DNA of 64,000 nucleotides, from assembly GCA_964016885.1 (NCBI GenBank), contig OZ024743.1, forward strand, positions 56,110,001 to 56,174,000, read 5' to 3'. This stretch comes from Eledone cirrhosa. Its lineage: Eukaryota. The translations under genes and the position numbers were made by a program. The notes below the pieces were generated by a model. The model was not told the origin of the DNA, did not search any database, and worked only from the letters and a program-made list of their open reading frames with translations. Shown piece after piece: positions 49,054 to 62,874 of this stretch (positions are counted from its first letter, which is position 1; each line of letters opens with the position of its first letter).

Positions 49054-49897
49054 AGAAAGAGGGGAGAGAGAAGGTGGGGATAAAGATAGGAACAACCCCA
49101 TTTATTTATCAACCTCGAAAGGATGAAAGACAAAGTTGGTCTCGGATTTGAACTGAGAGCAGAACAAATACGGAGGCATTTTTAATCCGACGCCCTAACA
49201 GCCCTGTCAATTCACCGCATTCGGTTTAGAAGTATATAAATGATATCGTTTTTCGTTCTAGGTTCATGTCGTCTGATGCCTTACGAGCAAGGCAAGGGCA
49301 ACCATTAACGTCAATTAGGAAGCCACCTGGGGCACAAACCTCAGAAAAGGGCATTACTGAACCCTAAAAGATCTCAGTTTTATACAAATCTGCATAATTA
49401 AATATATAATAAATTACTGCGTTCAATATGTTATTGTTTTTGTTGTTGTTATAGGTCACACCTATGTAGGTTTAGCTGCCCCCTACAGGGTTGTATCTCA
49501 TAGGAGGTTTCTTGGATGTTTTATATATAAACCACTAATCAAACTTGGCGTGTAGCAGCGGTGTGGAAGTATCCAAAGTGATGGAGGAAGTCATATGGTA
49601 TTATAACACATCTCATGCTTTGACGTGGGTGGGTGTGTAGTAAAAGTGCATTCGTACGTTTACCAAATTGTAAATTGAAACTACTGTATTTGGGAGAATG
49701 GGACCCATAATTGGGAGAAAGAAGCACACATTTTGGGGCATAGACATGCGCTGGCCCTGAGTGAGATAGAAATGAATTCAATCATCCACCGAAGTAAACG
49801 CAAAGAGAGTTTGAAGTTACGTTAGTGTTAATATTTTAAACTGAAGGAAAGAATGGACTTGCATCAGTTTTGACGATGAATGTTCCAGCTGTTCGAT

Positions 49898-49961
<64 letters not shown>

Positions 49962-50094
49962 ATGTGTGTGTGTGTGTACACTAGCAGGGAAACTTATGCA
50001 TACCTATTGAGTACGCTGAGATGCAACCGGTACTAGCAGGGAAACGTATGCTAGTTTTGCCAACTTATTATCATATATATATATATATATATAT

Positions 50095-50250
50095 TAAAAA
50101 GAGTAGGAGCCGTTTCAACAGCTAGTTCTAGACTAGAATTAGCTGTCGAAACGGTAAGAGCTCAGCTGTCGGGCCCCTAGTCTTTCTAATATAATAATAC
50201 TCTACTATCCCAAGTATCGAGTACTCCGGTGAATAATGGTCCTAACTAGT
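50095..50250. mobile_element. Hairpin repeat family, third copy
   Basis: CCGTTTCAACAGCTAGTTCTAG-a-CTAGAATTAGCTGTCGAAACGG. Confidence 0.65.
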
Positions 50251-50268
50251 AAAACTGATTAAATGTTG

Positions 50269-50312
<44 letters not shown>

Positions 50313-50481
50313 CTTTTATTATAATCATACATCAGTAAATTCATTCTGACTTATCTCAATTTTTGCTTTTTTTTATCATGAAACTATTTGATTTATTTTC
50401 TGTTGCCAATGGCGTTTAATCAATTTATCAATACACACACACTCACACACGCACACGCACACACACACACATATATATATA

Positions 50482-50538
<57 letters not shown>

Positions 50539-50762
50539 GTGGAACACTGGAAGGTAATATCCGTAGTGGTAGAGCACTCAGTCCAAGGCACGAGTTAGGT
50601 ACTTTCTTTTCTCTCTCACTTTCTGCTTATCTTTGTATTCACGTTTACACAGTCACACTTACATGCCTACACACACACATACACTCACACACCCACACTC
50701 ATACAAACATATTCATACACATACACACACACACACACATACACATACACATACACATATAT

Positions 50763-51358
50763 ACTGATGAAGGACTAAATTTATTCATATGTAACCCATT
50801 TGCAACCACGCAGCACGCCATGTTTTCATATTTTTCATATATATTTTCCTCCGCTGTGACCCGTCTGTTTCTTTCTTACTGCTTCCCCTTTTCTCTGTAT
50901 CTCTCACTTCCTTTTACCCCCTCTACCAGTCACTCTCTCTGTTAGCCTCTTCCTCACACTTTCACTCACTCACTCTCTGCTACTCCCTCTCCTACTTTAC
51001 TTCCTCCCGTTTGACCTGTGCGAGATTCTTTCATCACTCACAATTCGACCAGGTCGGATGGTCTTTATTCTCTCTCGTCTACGATTTCACAGAACTTATA
51101 TTCATCGATTTCAAGGACTTGACTCCTTCTTCCTCAATTTTCGTTGCATTACCATCTTTGTTTGTTTACTGTCTCGCTCGTTCCACCGATTTACGTGTCC
51201 CAACGACTTTCTTTAGCCGTTGCTCGCACCAACCAGAGGTATATGGTCTTTAAAGCGATGAAATACCAATGAAGGTTGGAAGATCACTGAAGGACTAAAT
51301 TTATTCATATGTAACCCATTTGCAACCACGCAGCACGCCATGTTTTCATATTTTTCAT
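50763..51358 (+). mobile_element. Rearranged-hammerhead element, copy C, with ~75-bp direct terminal repeats (520-bp period)
   Basis: AGGACTAAATTTATTCATATG...TTTTTCAT at 50771 and 51291. Confidence 0.85.
51197..51295 (+). ncRNA. Rearranged hammerhead, copy C (3-nt core deletion)
   Basis: Same helices as A and B. It reads CTGA-AGGAC, whereas the upstream terminal repeat (50764) keeps CTGATGA-AGGAC. Confidence 0.62.
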
Positions 51359-51498
51359 TTATATATATATATATATATATATATAGTTTAGGAATAGTAA
51401 CGTCCAGTTACTGTTGGTTCCCCAAAGTAAGCACTCGATGTGTAGTCTCCATTATGTACTTTCGGATTGTATAAACGAAAATTATCATATATTACATA

Positions 51499-51549
<51 letters not shown>

Positions 51550-51551
51550 GC

Positions 51552-51591
<40 letters not shown>

Positions 51592-51593
51592 GC

Positions 51594-51638
<45 letters not shown>

Positions 51639-51842
51639 TATGTACACGTACATACATATATGTATACCGACGTACAGTAGTATGTATATATAGATATACA
51701 TACATGCACACATATATATATGCACGTATGGATTCACCGAACATTTATTCTAATGCTCGGTGTGTTTGTAAACAAACATCCCGTATTAAGCCGTAGTGTC
51801 TAGCAACCACCGTTGCTCGTTTGTTCAACACTGACAAAGGAA

Positions 51843-51882
51843 CGCTGTACTAGTTTCAAGCTTGTTAGCTATCGTAGCAACG
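51843..51882 (-). ncRNA. Minimal type I hammerhead with core G deleted (CTACGA)
   Basis: Inverted unit reads ATCGTAGC instead of ATCGTCAGC. Confidence 0.7.
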
Positions 51883-52546
51883 TATACCTTCCTGCCAGAT
51901 TGTTGAACGTATATACTTACCTTATGCATATTAACGGCTGAGTAGCCCAATTTGCACATCGAGTGGGTTAATCGGCCGGGTGCACCGAAAACGATAAACG
52001 GAAAAAATGAAACGATATTTCATTTCCCACTCTTAGTACGGCTGTTACTTAAATATAAGTATGTACACGTACATACATATATGTATACCGACGTACAGTA
52101 GTATGTATATATATATATACATACATGCACACATATATATATGCACGTATGGATTCACCGAACATTTATTCTAATGCTCGGTGTGTTTGTAAACAAACAT
52201 CCCGTATTAAGCCACTACGGCTTAATACGGGATGTTTGTTTACAAACACACCGAGCATTAGAATAAATGTTCGGTGAATCCATACGTGCATATATATATG
52301 TGTGCATGTATGTATATATATATACATACTACTGACGTCGGTATACATATATGTATGTACGTGTACATACTTATATTTAAGTAACAGCCGTACTAAGAGT
52401 GGGAAATGAAATATCGTTTCATTTTTTCCGTTTATCGTTTTCGGTGCACCCGGCCGATTAACCCACTCGATGTGCAAATTGGGCTACTCAGTCGTTAATA
52501 TGCATAAGGTAAGTATATACGTTCAACAATCTGGCAGGAAGGTATA

Positions 52547-52587
52547 CGTTGCTGACGATAGCTAACAAGCTTGAAACTAGTACAGCG
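52547..52587 (+). ncRNA. Minimal type I hammerhead ribozyme
   Basis: CGTTG-CTGACGA-T AGCT aaca AGCT T-GAAA-CTAG-TA-CAGCG; palindromic stem III ACTAGT; predicted cleavage after GUA at 52582. Confidence 0.85.
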
Positions 52588-52972
52588 TTCCTTTGTCAGT
52601 GTTGAACAAACGAGCAACGGTGGTTGCTAGACACTACGGCTTAATACGGGATGTTTGTTTACAAACACACCGAGCATTAGAATAAATGTTCGGTGAATCC
52701 ATACGTGCATATATATATATATGTGTGCATGTATGTATATATATATATACATACTACTGTACGTCGGTATACATATATGTATGTACGTGTACATACTTAT
52801 ATTTAAGTAACAGCCGTACTAAGAGTGGGAAATGAAATATCGTTTCATTTTTTCCGTTTATCGTTTTCGGTGCACCCGGCCGATTAACCCACTCGATGTG
52901 CAAATTGGGCTACTCAGCCGTTAATATGCATAAGGTAAGTATATACGTTCAACAATCTGGCAGGAAGGTATA

Positions 52973-53013
52973 CGTTGCTGACGATAGCTAACAAGCTTGA
53001 AACTAGTACAGCG
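52973..53013 (+). ncRNA. Minimal type I hammerhead ribozyme
   Basis: Identical to 52547-52587, 426 bp downstream. Confidence 0.85.
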
Positions 53014-53398
53014 TTCCTTTGTCAGTGTTGAACAAACGAGCAACGGTGGTTGCTAGACACTACGGCTTAATACGGGATGTTTGTTTACAAACACACCGAG
53101 CATTAGAATAAATGTTCGGTGAATCCATACGTGCATATATATATATATGTGTGCATGTATGTATATATATATATACATACTACTGTACGTCGGTATACAT
53201 ATATGTATGTACGTGTACATACTTATATTTAAGTAACAGCCGTACTAAGAGTGGGAAATGAAATATCGTTTCATTTTTTCCGTTTATCGTTTTCGGTGCA
53301 CCCGGCCGATTAACCCACTCGATGTGCAAATTGGGCTACTCAGCCGTTAATATGCATAAGGTAAGTATATACGTTCAACAATCTGGCAGGAAGGTATA

Positions 53399-53439
53399 CG
53401 TTGCTGACGATAGCTAACAAGCTTGAAACTAGTACAGCG
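53399..53439 (+). ncRNA. Minimal type I hammerhead ribozyme
   Basis: Identical, another 426 bp downstream. Confidence 0.85.
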
Positions 53440-53744
53440 TTCCTTTGTCAGTGTTGAACAAACGAGCAACGGTGGTTGCTAGACACTACGGCTTAATACG
53501 GGATGTTTGTTTACAAATACACCGAGCATTAGAATAAATGTTCGGTGAATCCATACGTGCATATATATATGTGTGCATGTATGTATATATATATATATAC
53601 ATTCTACTGTACGTCGGTATACATATATGTATGTACGTGTACATACTTATATTTAAGTAACAGCCGTACTAAGAGTGGGAAATGAAATATCGTTTCATTT
53701 TTTCCGTTTATATATATATATATATATATATATAAGGCAAAGAG

Positions 53745-55112
53745 TCGTTTCACGTCCGTTGTTCCATGCTAGCATGGGTTAGGCGGGTTGTCCTGTTGTG
53801 GACAGTGTCCGGTCGGCTGACTATGCCTTGCTCATACGGGAACTGATTCTGGCTTGATTTTTACAGCTGGATGCCCTTCCTAACACCAACCTCATTTACA
53901 GTGAGTGTTGGGTGCCTTTTTCTGTGGCGCCTACACGTCCACTTTACAGTGTGGACTAGTTGCTTTTTTGCCGTGGCACCTTCACGACCACTTTGCAGTG
54001 GGAGGTTGTGGGCGTTTATTGTCTATATGCTTGAGCTTCGGGTTATACACGTGGGGGTCGGGTCTTCTGTATTACTGCGTGACGCCAGAGGTCACGGTCG
54101 TGTGCCATCGCCTTTGAGAGGTGTAATTGGGTAAGGTCGGCTTTTATCACCTCAACCCAGGTCTTCTTGGGTCTCCACACTCCGCGGTTTCCAACGACTT
54201 CTAGTGCTCTGCACCTTTTTATGCAGCTGTCATCCTTCATACGCATCACATGCCCATAGCAACACAACCGCCTCTCCTGCACACAGCATTTGATTCCTCT
54301 TAAGCTCAGTCTCTCTCTCAATTCATTTATACTTTGCCGTTCGCGTATATTACTATTACACATCCATCCGAGCATGCAGGCTTCGTTTCTTTCTAATCTA
54401 CGCAAGTCTTCCACAGACAGCACCCAGGTCTCACTACCATGTAAAATTGCTGTTCGTATACACGCATCATACAGTCTGCCTTTCATTTTGAGGAAAAGCC
54501 TTTTGCAGTTAGCAGTGGCAGTAGCTCCCTGAACTTCTTCCATCCCGTTCTTACCCTAGTTATTGTACTTTCCGAACACCCACCTCCGCTACTAATTCCG
54601 TCACCTAGGTAGCAGAAACTGTCTACTGTTTCTACAGAGCCCTACCAGAGTTTGGTGGTACTTGTTTCCTGTGGCTGTTTGCTGCTTGCTGTCCCAGTAC
54701 ACTACTACATGTGAAGCCTACATTCTTAGTTAATATTCCTGAGATCCCGCTACAACTCTTGTGTACCCATTGTTTGCATTTGGGGCAGAGAATGAAGTTC
54801 CTACCTACACCTTTCCTACATACTGAGCAAGCCATTTCCCTGAGGGATCTGGGTTCTGTTTTCTCGTCTACTTACAAGGACCTTAGTCTTTGTCAGGTTG
54901 ACCCTGAGACCCTTTCTCTGTAGTCCCTGCTTCCAAGTTTAGAATTTTTTCTCTAGTTCTACCATAGATTCAGCTATAAGTGCGAGGTCATCCGCATACA
55001 GGAGTTCCCATGGGCATCCGGTCTTAAACTCCTCCGTTATTTCCTGCAGAACTATGATGAACAGGAGAGGGCTAAGAACAGAGCCCTGGTGGAAACCGAC
55101 CTGTACGCTAAA
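53745..55112 (-). pseudogene. 5'-truncated RTE-clade LINE: RT C-terminal half with an internal PHD-type finger, plus 3' UTR
   Basis: HQGSVLSPLLF, ELLYADD, CSVC..CPKC..WVH..C..FTC, FCYLGD, LHGSETW, GHVMRM, RPKKTW; stops and frameshifts. Confidence 0.88.
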
Positions 55113-55928
55113 TTCCTATACATATATATATACCCACGCATATATACATACACACTCATATTCACACGCATATATACACACACTGTCAGTGAATGTCTTG
55201 TTCAGTTTTTCTCAATGTGGAGCGTGGCAACGTTCTGGATGGTTCTCGAATAACCCAAACTTCTCCTGGCCGGAGCATGGTATATTTCTTCCGCAAATGA
55301 TAGAAAGTGAGAGAGAGAGAGGAAGGGAGAAAAAGATACAGACGAAGAATCGACAATTGCATTAGACTGGTACTTTTTATCGACCTCGAAAGTATTAAAG
55401 GTAAAGTTGAATTTGGCGGGATTTGAACTCAAAGAGCAGAGAGCCGGACCAAATACCACAAAGAACTTTTTCTGGATTAATATCAAGATAAAAGATATTG
55501 ATCATCGGCTGGTGGAAAAAAAACTTGTTCTAGACTAAAGTCTGCAAAAGTGAATTTTCATTGAAATTTAAGAGAGTACTTCAGAGAAACATGTATATAC
55601 ACAACACACGCGTGTGTAGACTCTATTTTGATTTAGGTGTCACAGAAACTCTACATCGGATTTTAACAGCAATTCCGGGAGTCCAAGTCAGGTTATCACT
55701 TATTTTTTATCATTTATTTTGTTTTGACCTGTTTAGCTTGATTTGGTTTTGGGCTTGGGTGGTTAATGCCTTCTTGACCAACTTTTCAGTTTTGTATGGC
55801 TTCTTAACACATTGTTTAGCTCTGGTTTTTAACTATTGAGCACTTTGCCAGTATCATTTCTGATTTTTGCGTTTCGCTTCGCTTTTCCTGCCCGCCGAAA
55901 TGCGATTCTCGCTGAATCTTTATTTGTG

Positions 55929-55977
<49 letters not shown>

Positions 55978-56001
55978 GATAATCTATCTATTCTAGTCCA
56001 T

Positions 56002-56100
<99 letters not shown>

Positions 56101-56187
56101 CTATGTGACTGTTTAGATATCTATCTATTTAAATCCCTATCATCTATCCATAAATACATCTCTCTCTCTCTCTCTCTCTTTTTTTTC

Positions 56188-56264
<77 letters not shown>

Positions 56265-56529
56265 AACTTACAGAAGCGATCTACCGCAGAAAGCCACCTA
56301 GGAATTATCATCTTTCCAAATGGAAACAAATGATGACACCCGGGTTGATTTCCATAAATCACCCTGGACATTTTGTGCTTCAGTAAAGCAGTTAAAAGTC
56401 TGCCAAGAATATGTGATGCTCATAAATTTAAATGATTTTCTTCTACTACGCCTTGTGTTTTTAGGTGTATTTTTCTCCTCTCCTTTTTTTTTTTAATGTG
56501 TCATTTCTAAAAAGATATTTTCATTTAAT

Positions 56530-56650
56530 GGCACGTAACTTGGTGGTTAGTGTGTTCGTTTCACGATCATTAGGTCATGAGTACCAGTCCCCGTAGCACG
56601 TTGATTCCTTGAGCAAGACATTTTATTTTATGTTTCTCTAGTCCACTCCA
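56530..56650 (+). mobile_element. Degenerate tRNA-CORE SINE 5' part
   Basis: GGCACGTAACTTGGTGGTTAG...CCTTGAGCAAGACATTTTATTT...CTAGTCCACTC. Confidence 0.6.
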
Positions 56651-56666
56651 TTTTATTTCATGTTTC

Positions 56667-58860
56667 TCAGTACTCAGACAGAGTACTATCCAGATACACA
56701 AAAACATCCACCACCGCCAACCTAGACACATTCACATATATATTTGGCACAACATGAGGTTCTCCTGGTGCTAGAGTGTACATAACATTGGTCTTAGTTA
56801 AGTTTACACTGAGTGCAAAAAGAACACATGCTTCAGAAAATGTATCAATTGTGAACTGCATGTTAAATTCTGCGTGTACCATCATCAGCATACAGAAGTT
56901 CTCGAATTAACATGCTGAATGTCTCAGATTTATTATTAAATCTTCTTCAATTAAAGACTTGCCCAGATATTCGGAAACGCAGGTTTATGCCTTGATTACA
57001 GTTGTGGAATGCATAAGCAAGGAGAACGGCGAAGTATATTGCAAATAGTGTTGGAGCAGGAATGTCCCCTTGCTTAACACTGTTGTCCACAGGAATTTAT
57101 TCAGATAGTTTTCCATTAAATACAGCCCTGGCCTTCATGTCTCGATGTAGTTGCTTGAAGTTCTGCAAATGATTCTGTGGACAGACTGGCTTACTAAGAG
57201 TGATCCACAAGGCTTCTCTGTTAACTGTATCAAAATCCTTAGTCAAATCTATAAAAGATACTTCCTTTGATCCCACGGAAGTTGTTGCACTTAGACTTTT
57301 TTCCTTTATTTTTGTAGATGGTGATCAAGATTCCACCAACCCAATCTTGTGGTACTGGTGTTCCTTCCCAATATTTCATGAGAAGTGCAAGGATAGCCGA
57401 TGATATGTGGACTCCTCCAGCTTTCAGTAATTCGACTGTAATCCCATCTAACCCTGGTGCCTTGCCTGAGTTTATCTGTGCGATTACCTTTCTGATTTCT
57501 TCAATAATCGTTAGATTGTCCAATAATAATATTATATCATGCTGAAGCAGACTCTCTATAACATCAAAGTTTACAATACAAGGATTGTTTTAAAAGGCCA
57601 GAGAAATGCTCATTCCATCTCTTTATAATTTTCTCTGGGTCTTTATAAAGAACTACACCATCTTCCCATTGCACAGAAACAAAGAAAGATGATTGAGGAC
57701 CAAATGATTGCTGGAATAAGGCTTAAAATGTTTTACTATCCTTACTATTAAAGGCAGCTTGCACCTCTTGAAATACCTTTGACCACCAATCATTTTTCAC
57801 CCTTCGTAGTTCACGTTGTAATGTGACATTGTATTCTTTATATATCTTCTCAGTAGCAAGTCGGGTTGAGGGATTCTCACTCAAAATCTTTGCATATAGT
57901 ATGTTTTCTTTGCAGTAATTGGTTGACAATAGGATCGTTATTATGAAACCAATCTTTGTTTCTACACACTATTATCAAGTACATCTGCACTTGTGGAATA
58001 AACTTGGTCTTTAGTTTCAGTTTACTAACATCAATACGATTCAGAATCTTGACCACACTGATACGGACCTTCTTACGGATATGAAATTTAAACTTGCCTC
58101 GCACCAGCTTGTGATCCGTATCACATTCCGCACTACATATCACATGTACATTACACACATCAGTAAGATCACGTTTATGGGTGGTGATAAAATCAGCCAT
58201 GTGCTCATGCTTTGATCTCGGATGAATCCATATAATTTTGTGTTTAAGATTGTGTCTGAAGAAAGTGTTGGAAATCGTCAAATTGAGTTCTGGGCAAAGT
58301 TCAGTTAGCTTCAGACCATTTTCTATCACTTTACCAATATTATGCCGGTCAGGAACATTCCAAGTTTCACAGTCCCTGCCAACACGTACATTAAAGTCCC
58401 CAAGAAGTAATAGCTTGTTATCATTCGATGTGGAAGTAATGGCAGTGTGAAGTCTTTCATAGAAAATCATAACAGTTTCTTCATTGGCTTGAGTAGGTGG
58501 AACATAAGCTGAAAAGATCGTCGCAAAACGTCCTCATATGGATGGAACACGTAGCTTCATTATGCGATCAGTAATGCTAGACGGGCACAGTAAATGTTTT
58601 GCCAATGTTGTTCTGGTAGCAAAACCAGTCTCACCTTCTCAACACTCACCTTTAGGTTTACCAGCCTATGAAAGTGTATATCCTGTCAACTGATCTTCAC
58701 CAAACATGTTTTCTGGAAGAGCTACAATATCTATATGCAGTCTTTTAAGTTCCTTTATTACTAGTGCAGTTCTTTCTGTTCGGTTTGATGGATTTTGATC
58801 CAAAGGTGTTCTATCATTCCAACAACAAAGATTGAGCTTAGCACGCTCTTTTGCAATTAA
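56667..58860 (-). pseudogene. Decayed RTE (BovB-like) LINE: apurinic endonuclease plus RT
   Basis: CWNDRT, IDIVALPE, LLGDFNVRVG, WIHPRSK, TDHKLV, GKAPGLDGI, LLYADD, FVYLDSTLS; many frameshifts. Confidence 0.88.
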
Positions 58861-59349
58861 TTTAGCAGGATTTTTTATTTTTTTCAAAAGCATTGTATTT
58901 AAATCTTTGTAAGAGTTTTGCAAAATAAAACAAATTTACAATTACTGAGATAGATTTTCCAGTAGGCATTTCCTTATTTAGATAATTCATTTAATATAAA
59001 ACTGATACTTGGTGGATTTTTCATACTCGTATGGACTCTATCACTCAGAGTCATTAAAACAATATCAAAAGTATTTTTCAACCAAGTCGGTTGGACATAA
59101 CCTTGTCGTTAAATGAGGAGTTCGTTCACCGACTAATTCACTTTTCAATCAGATGGGTGGAACAGAACCTGATTGTTAAGTGGAAAATTCGTTTAGCGAC
59201 CAATTTGCTTTACCACCAGGTCTACTAAATACTGTACAGGCTGGAGTGACAGAATCTATATGTAGAAATTCTATAACGATGATCGGAATCAAATGAAGGT
59301 TTCTCACTTTATAATCTGGTTGGTTCTTAGAAAACTACGGGCCCTCATT

Positions 59350-60130
59350 CTGTTAAGGGAATGTCCATACTCAATATGGAGAAAAGGATCTGGTAGAAAG
59401 TCCATATAATGTACAAAATGTAAACTATGGGTGCACAAGAGATGTTGCGTGATTTCCAGCAAACCAGCAAAGAATGTAGACGTTGTATGTAGCAGGTGCA
59501 TAGGAACAGTAAGCAACAAGTGCTCGCACGAAACAGACATTATCAAATGCTCAGATGGCCCCGTGAAAGTGGTTGTCAGTCCCTGCTACCTAGGGGACTT
59601 AATTAACAGAGGGTGTAAAAGTTCTGAAAAATAGTAGCGAGAGTGGGAAAAGTTCATAGAGCGACACCCTCTGCTGGCTACGAAGGGTTTCTTCCTCAGG
59701 ATGAAAGGCAGATTGTATGATATGTGTGAGAACTACGATGCTGCATGGAAGTGAAACCTGAGCTTTGAACACAAAGGTTCTGCAACAAATGGAGAGAAAT
59801 AAGTTGAGCAAACTCCAATGGATGTGTAGTAGCCATGTGCATGAACGACGAAGATTTAAGAAACTTACAGAAAAGCTGAGCATTAGAGGAATTAGATGCA
59901 ATGTATATAATATAGACGACTGTGCTGGTATGTACTTCTGATGCGTATGGAAGATAGTTGTATAAAAAATTGTAGTGCACTTAAAATTGATGGAAACTGC
60001 AGAAGAGGTAGGGCAAAGAAAATTTGATATGATATGTTAAACGCTGATCTCACAAAGCTGAACCTTACGAAGATGACATAGGACCGAGTCAAATATGAAC
60101 ATGCCGTACTACAGAAGACTCATTTTCCCG
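59350..60130 (+). pseudogene. Older copy of the PHD-containing RTE LINE (tail remnant at ~60740-60900)
   Basis: CTKCKLWVHKRCC..CSRC..CYLGD, ATGCTGCATGGAAGTGAAACC (MLHGSET). Confidence 0.78.
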
Positions 60131-61039
60131 CAGAAGCAGGATAAAACCACACTCCCCTGTCAATATGTCCCATTCCACCCCACTCACTATCTAACCTTCT
60201 CACCCACCCACCTCAGTTTTCCCCCTCGTAAACTTGATCTCCCCTTCCCCACTTTAGTCTTCCCTCATTCACATCCCTAATTCTCTATTCCTGTCCCACC
60301 CGTGGCAAGATAGAAAGACAGACACATCTTCATAGTGTACTTCCAGACCAACCCCATGACCAAACACTTTCTTTCTCCCACTCACATGCCTGATTTGCCG
60401 ATTCCTTCTCCAACTATACAAGCATAAAAAGACTGGTGCACCTCACAGTATAGCACTATATGTAACTTTTTAAGGCTCCTTCTTCCTCTCACTCCCTCCC
60501 ACAATAAACGGCGTGTGGCCTACCCTGGCCCTAATAACCCAGTCGTTTCAATTCCATTCCAGCCTGACCGAGGACACACTGAGTACCCTAGTGATGAAAA
60601 GTAGAAGTGCTGGTGCTATAATAAAATGTGTCCAGCTTTCTCTGAAAAGTGGTAGTGCTAGTTCCTCGATAAAAAGCACTCGTTCCACTGTGTTATGTGG
60701 TAGCGGAAGTACCACGATAAAATGCACCCAGTACATGGCCGAAAGTGGTTGGAATTAGGAGGACATCAGGCCGGAGAAACCATACTGAAACATATGAGCC
60801 AACGCAGTTATATAACCTGTCTAACCTCAGAACATAACAACCCGTCTATCCCGTGCTAGCAAGAAAAGTACACGTAAAACAGTGGTGTTGATGATGATTA
60901 TAATGATGATTTTATATGTCTGTATATATATATATATATCTAGGGCGGGTAAAATTACCGAGATCCATGGGCGAGTTCTCTCCAGAGGTCTCTGTCCCTC
61001 ATTATTGCTGCCATGTCCTGCGTCTCCAACAGACCAGTG

Positions 61040-61103
<64 letters not shown>

Positions 61104-61547
61104 TATATATATAATGAACAGAATACTAGAAAAACTAGGCAGATTTGGTGAAATTCGAAGAAATATTTATTACACAATAAGGTCTCTAGCACGTGTTTCA
61201 ATGCAATTATGCAATCGCCTAAGAAAGCTGAATTATTGCATATTTCATAATCCACAAGGTCACACTGTGTTTATTTTAAATCAACATTTCATCAGAGATG
61301 TTCGGAGAAAACTGAGGTTTTGTGGACGAGGTCATGCTTATATAGTAAATATGGAACCTATGTACCATATTCGATGATGCATCTCGTATCATCAAAATGT
61401 TACACAACTCCACCGGCCACGTTGAGCGCACAAACCAGTAAGCTGCCTCATACATTTTTTCTTACGCATATCCACTTCACACAAATGCGAATTTGCCAAA
61501 ATAAAATGGACACGTCTATTTCTTCTCATATATATGTGTGTGTGTGC

Positions 61548-61605
<58 letters not shown>

Positions 61606-61719
61606 GTGGGGGGGGGGTGTATGTGTATATGTTTGTGTGTGCATGTGTGTGTATTTTGTATACATATATATATGCAAATACATATACATATACATAAACA
61701 TACTTAGACATCTATTTAT

Positions 61720-61799
<80 letters not shown>

Positions 61800-62284
61800 T
61801 ATGAGACAGATATATATATATATATTATGAGACAGATAGAAAGGCCTGTAGCATGAAATTTCCTGATTTATGGAATTGGTGTAAATTCTATAAAATTATC
61901 AATGTATATAAATCTTCTCTATAAATACATTTATTTTTCAAAGCTATTTGTAATAAATTCTTTGCCATATTCTAAGTTGTCCGGAATGCTAGAAATTAAA
62001 ATGAGACGAATAAAATGAGTTAGAGGGGTTGTAAAAAGAAAGGTCTTGCATGTAGTAGAAAAGAGGAGTTGACGAAGAGTGTGAAAGGAGAGGTTAGTGA
62101 GAGGGATGTGATGAGTCTGTTATGACAAGTGAAAGAAACGTATGTGGTATATGAATGAGAGAAATAGTGTAGTGCCTGGAGGAAATGGGGATGAGAAGAG
62201 GTGCTGCTCAGATGGAATAATGGATTAAATGGATACACGATCAACCTAGAGGGAAATGTAGGTTTATGAAAATGAATTGAATAT

Positions 62285-62320
<36 letters not shown>

Positions 62321-62322
<2 letters not shown>

Positions 62323-62638
62323 TTATTAAAATAACAGATTAAAGTTTAAGCAAATAATCGCTGCTTTCATCCTTAACGGGATCTTCTGAAACTAAAAAAG
62401 TCAATCTGTGAACGCAGAAGTAAATATTTCAAAAAACGTTGCACGGGTATGTTCTTTGTAGAAATATTCAGATGTTGTTTCTGCATGATGAATATAAGTC
62501 AACAGAGTGCTCAACCGAGGGAACTTAAACTTTAATCTGTTATTTTAATAAATATTTGCTCTACGGTTCTTATATATTTGATATATATTTATCCTTATCG
62601 AGCCCTCTTTGGATTTTAGTCTTCAAATTTATTATTAT

Positions 62639-62642
<4 letters not shown>
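62321..62642. mobile_element. Short repeat with a 30-bp inverted repeat; relative at 26635-26765
   Basis: ATTTATTAAAATAACAGATTAAAGTTTAAG (62321) mirrored at 62524-62553; shares CAGAAGATCCCGTTAAGG and GAAGACTAAAAT with the 26.7-kb copy. Confidence 0.65.
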
Positions 62643-62680
<38 letters not shown>

Positions 62681-62754
62681 CCTTCCATATACTGTACCGA
62701 TTGTGTTGTTATTTCTGTTTAACTTTTACTTACACTCTCACACACTCACACACG

Positions 62755-62828
<74 letters not shown>

Positions 62829-62830
62829 CA

Positions 62831-62874
<44 letters not shown>

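Larger units (their letters stand above)
51636..53711. mobile_element. Retrozyme-like tandem array of 421-426-bp units: ~1.4 units inverted relative to ~3.5 units
   Basis: Unit starts at 52213, 52632, 53058 and 53484; inversion point at ~52213; one HHR per full unit; (TA)n on both sides. Confidence 0.9.

Noticed and set aside
61225-61305. Minus-strand CTGATGA with a downstream GAAA
   Set aside because: Could not form stems I and III.
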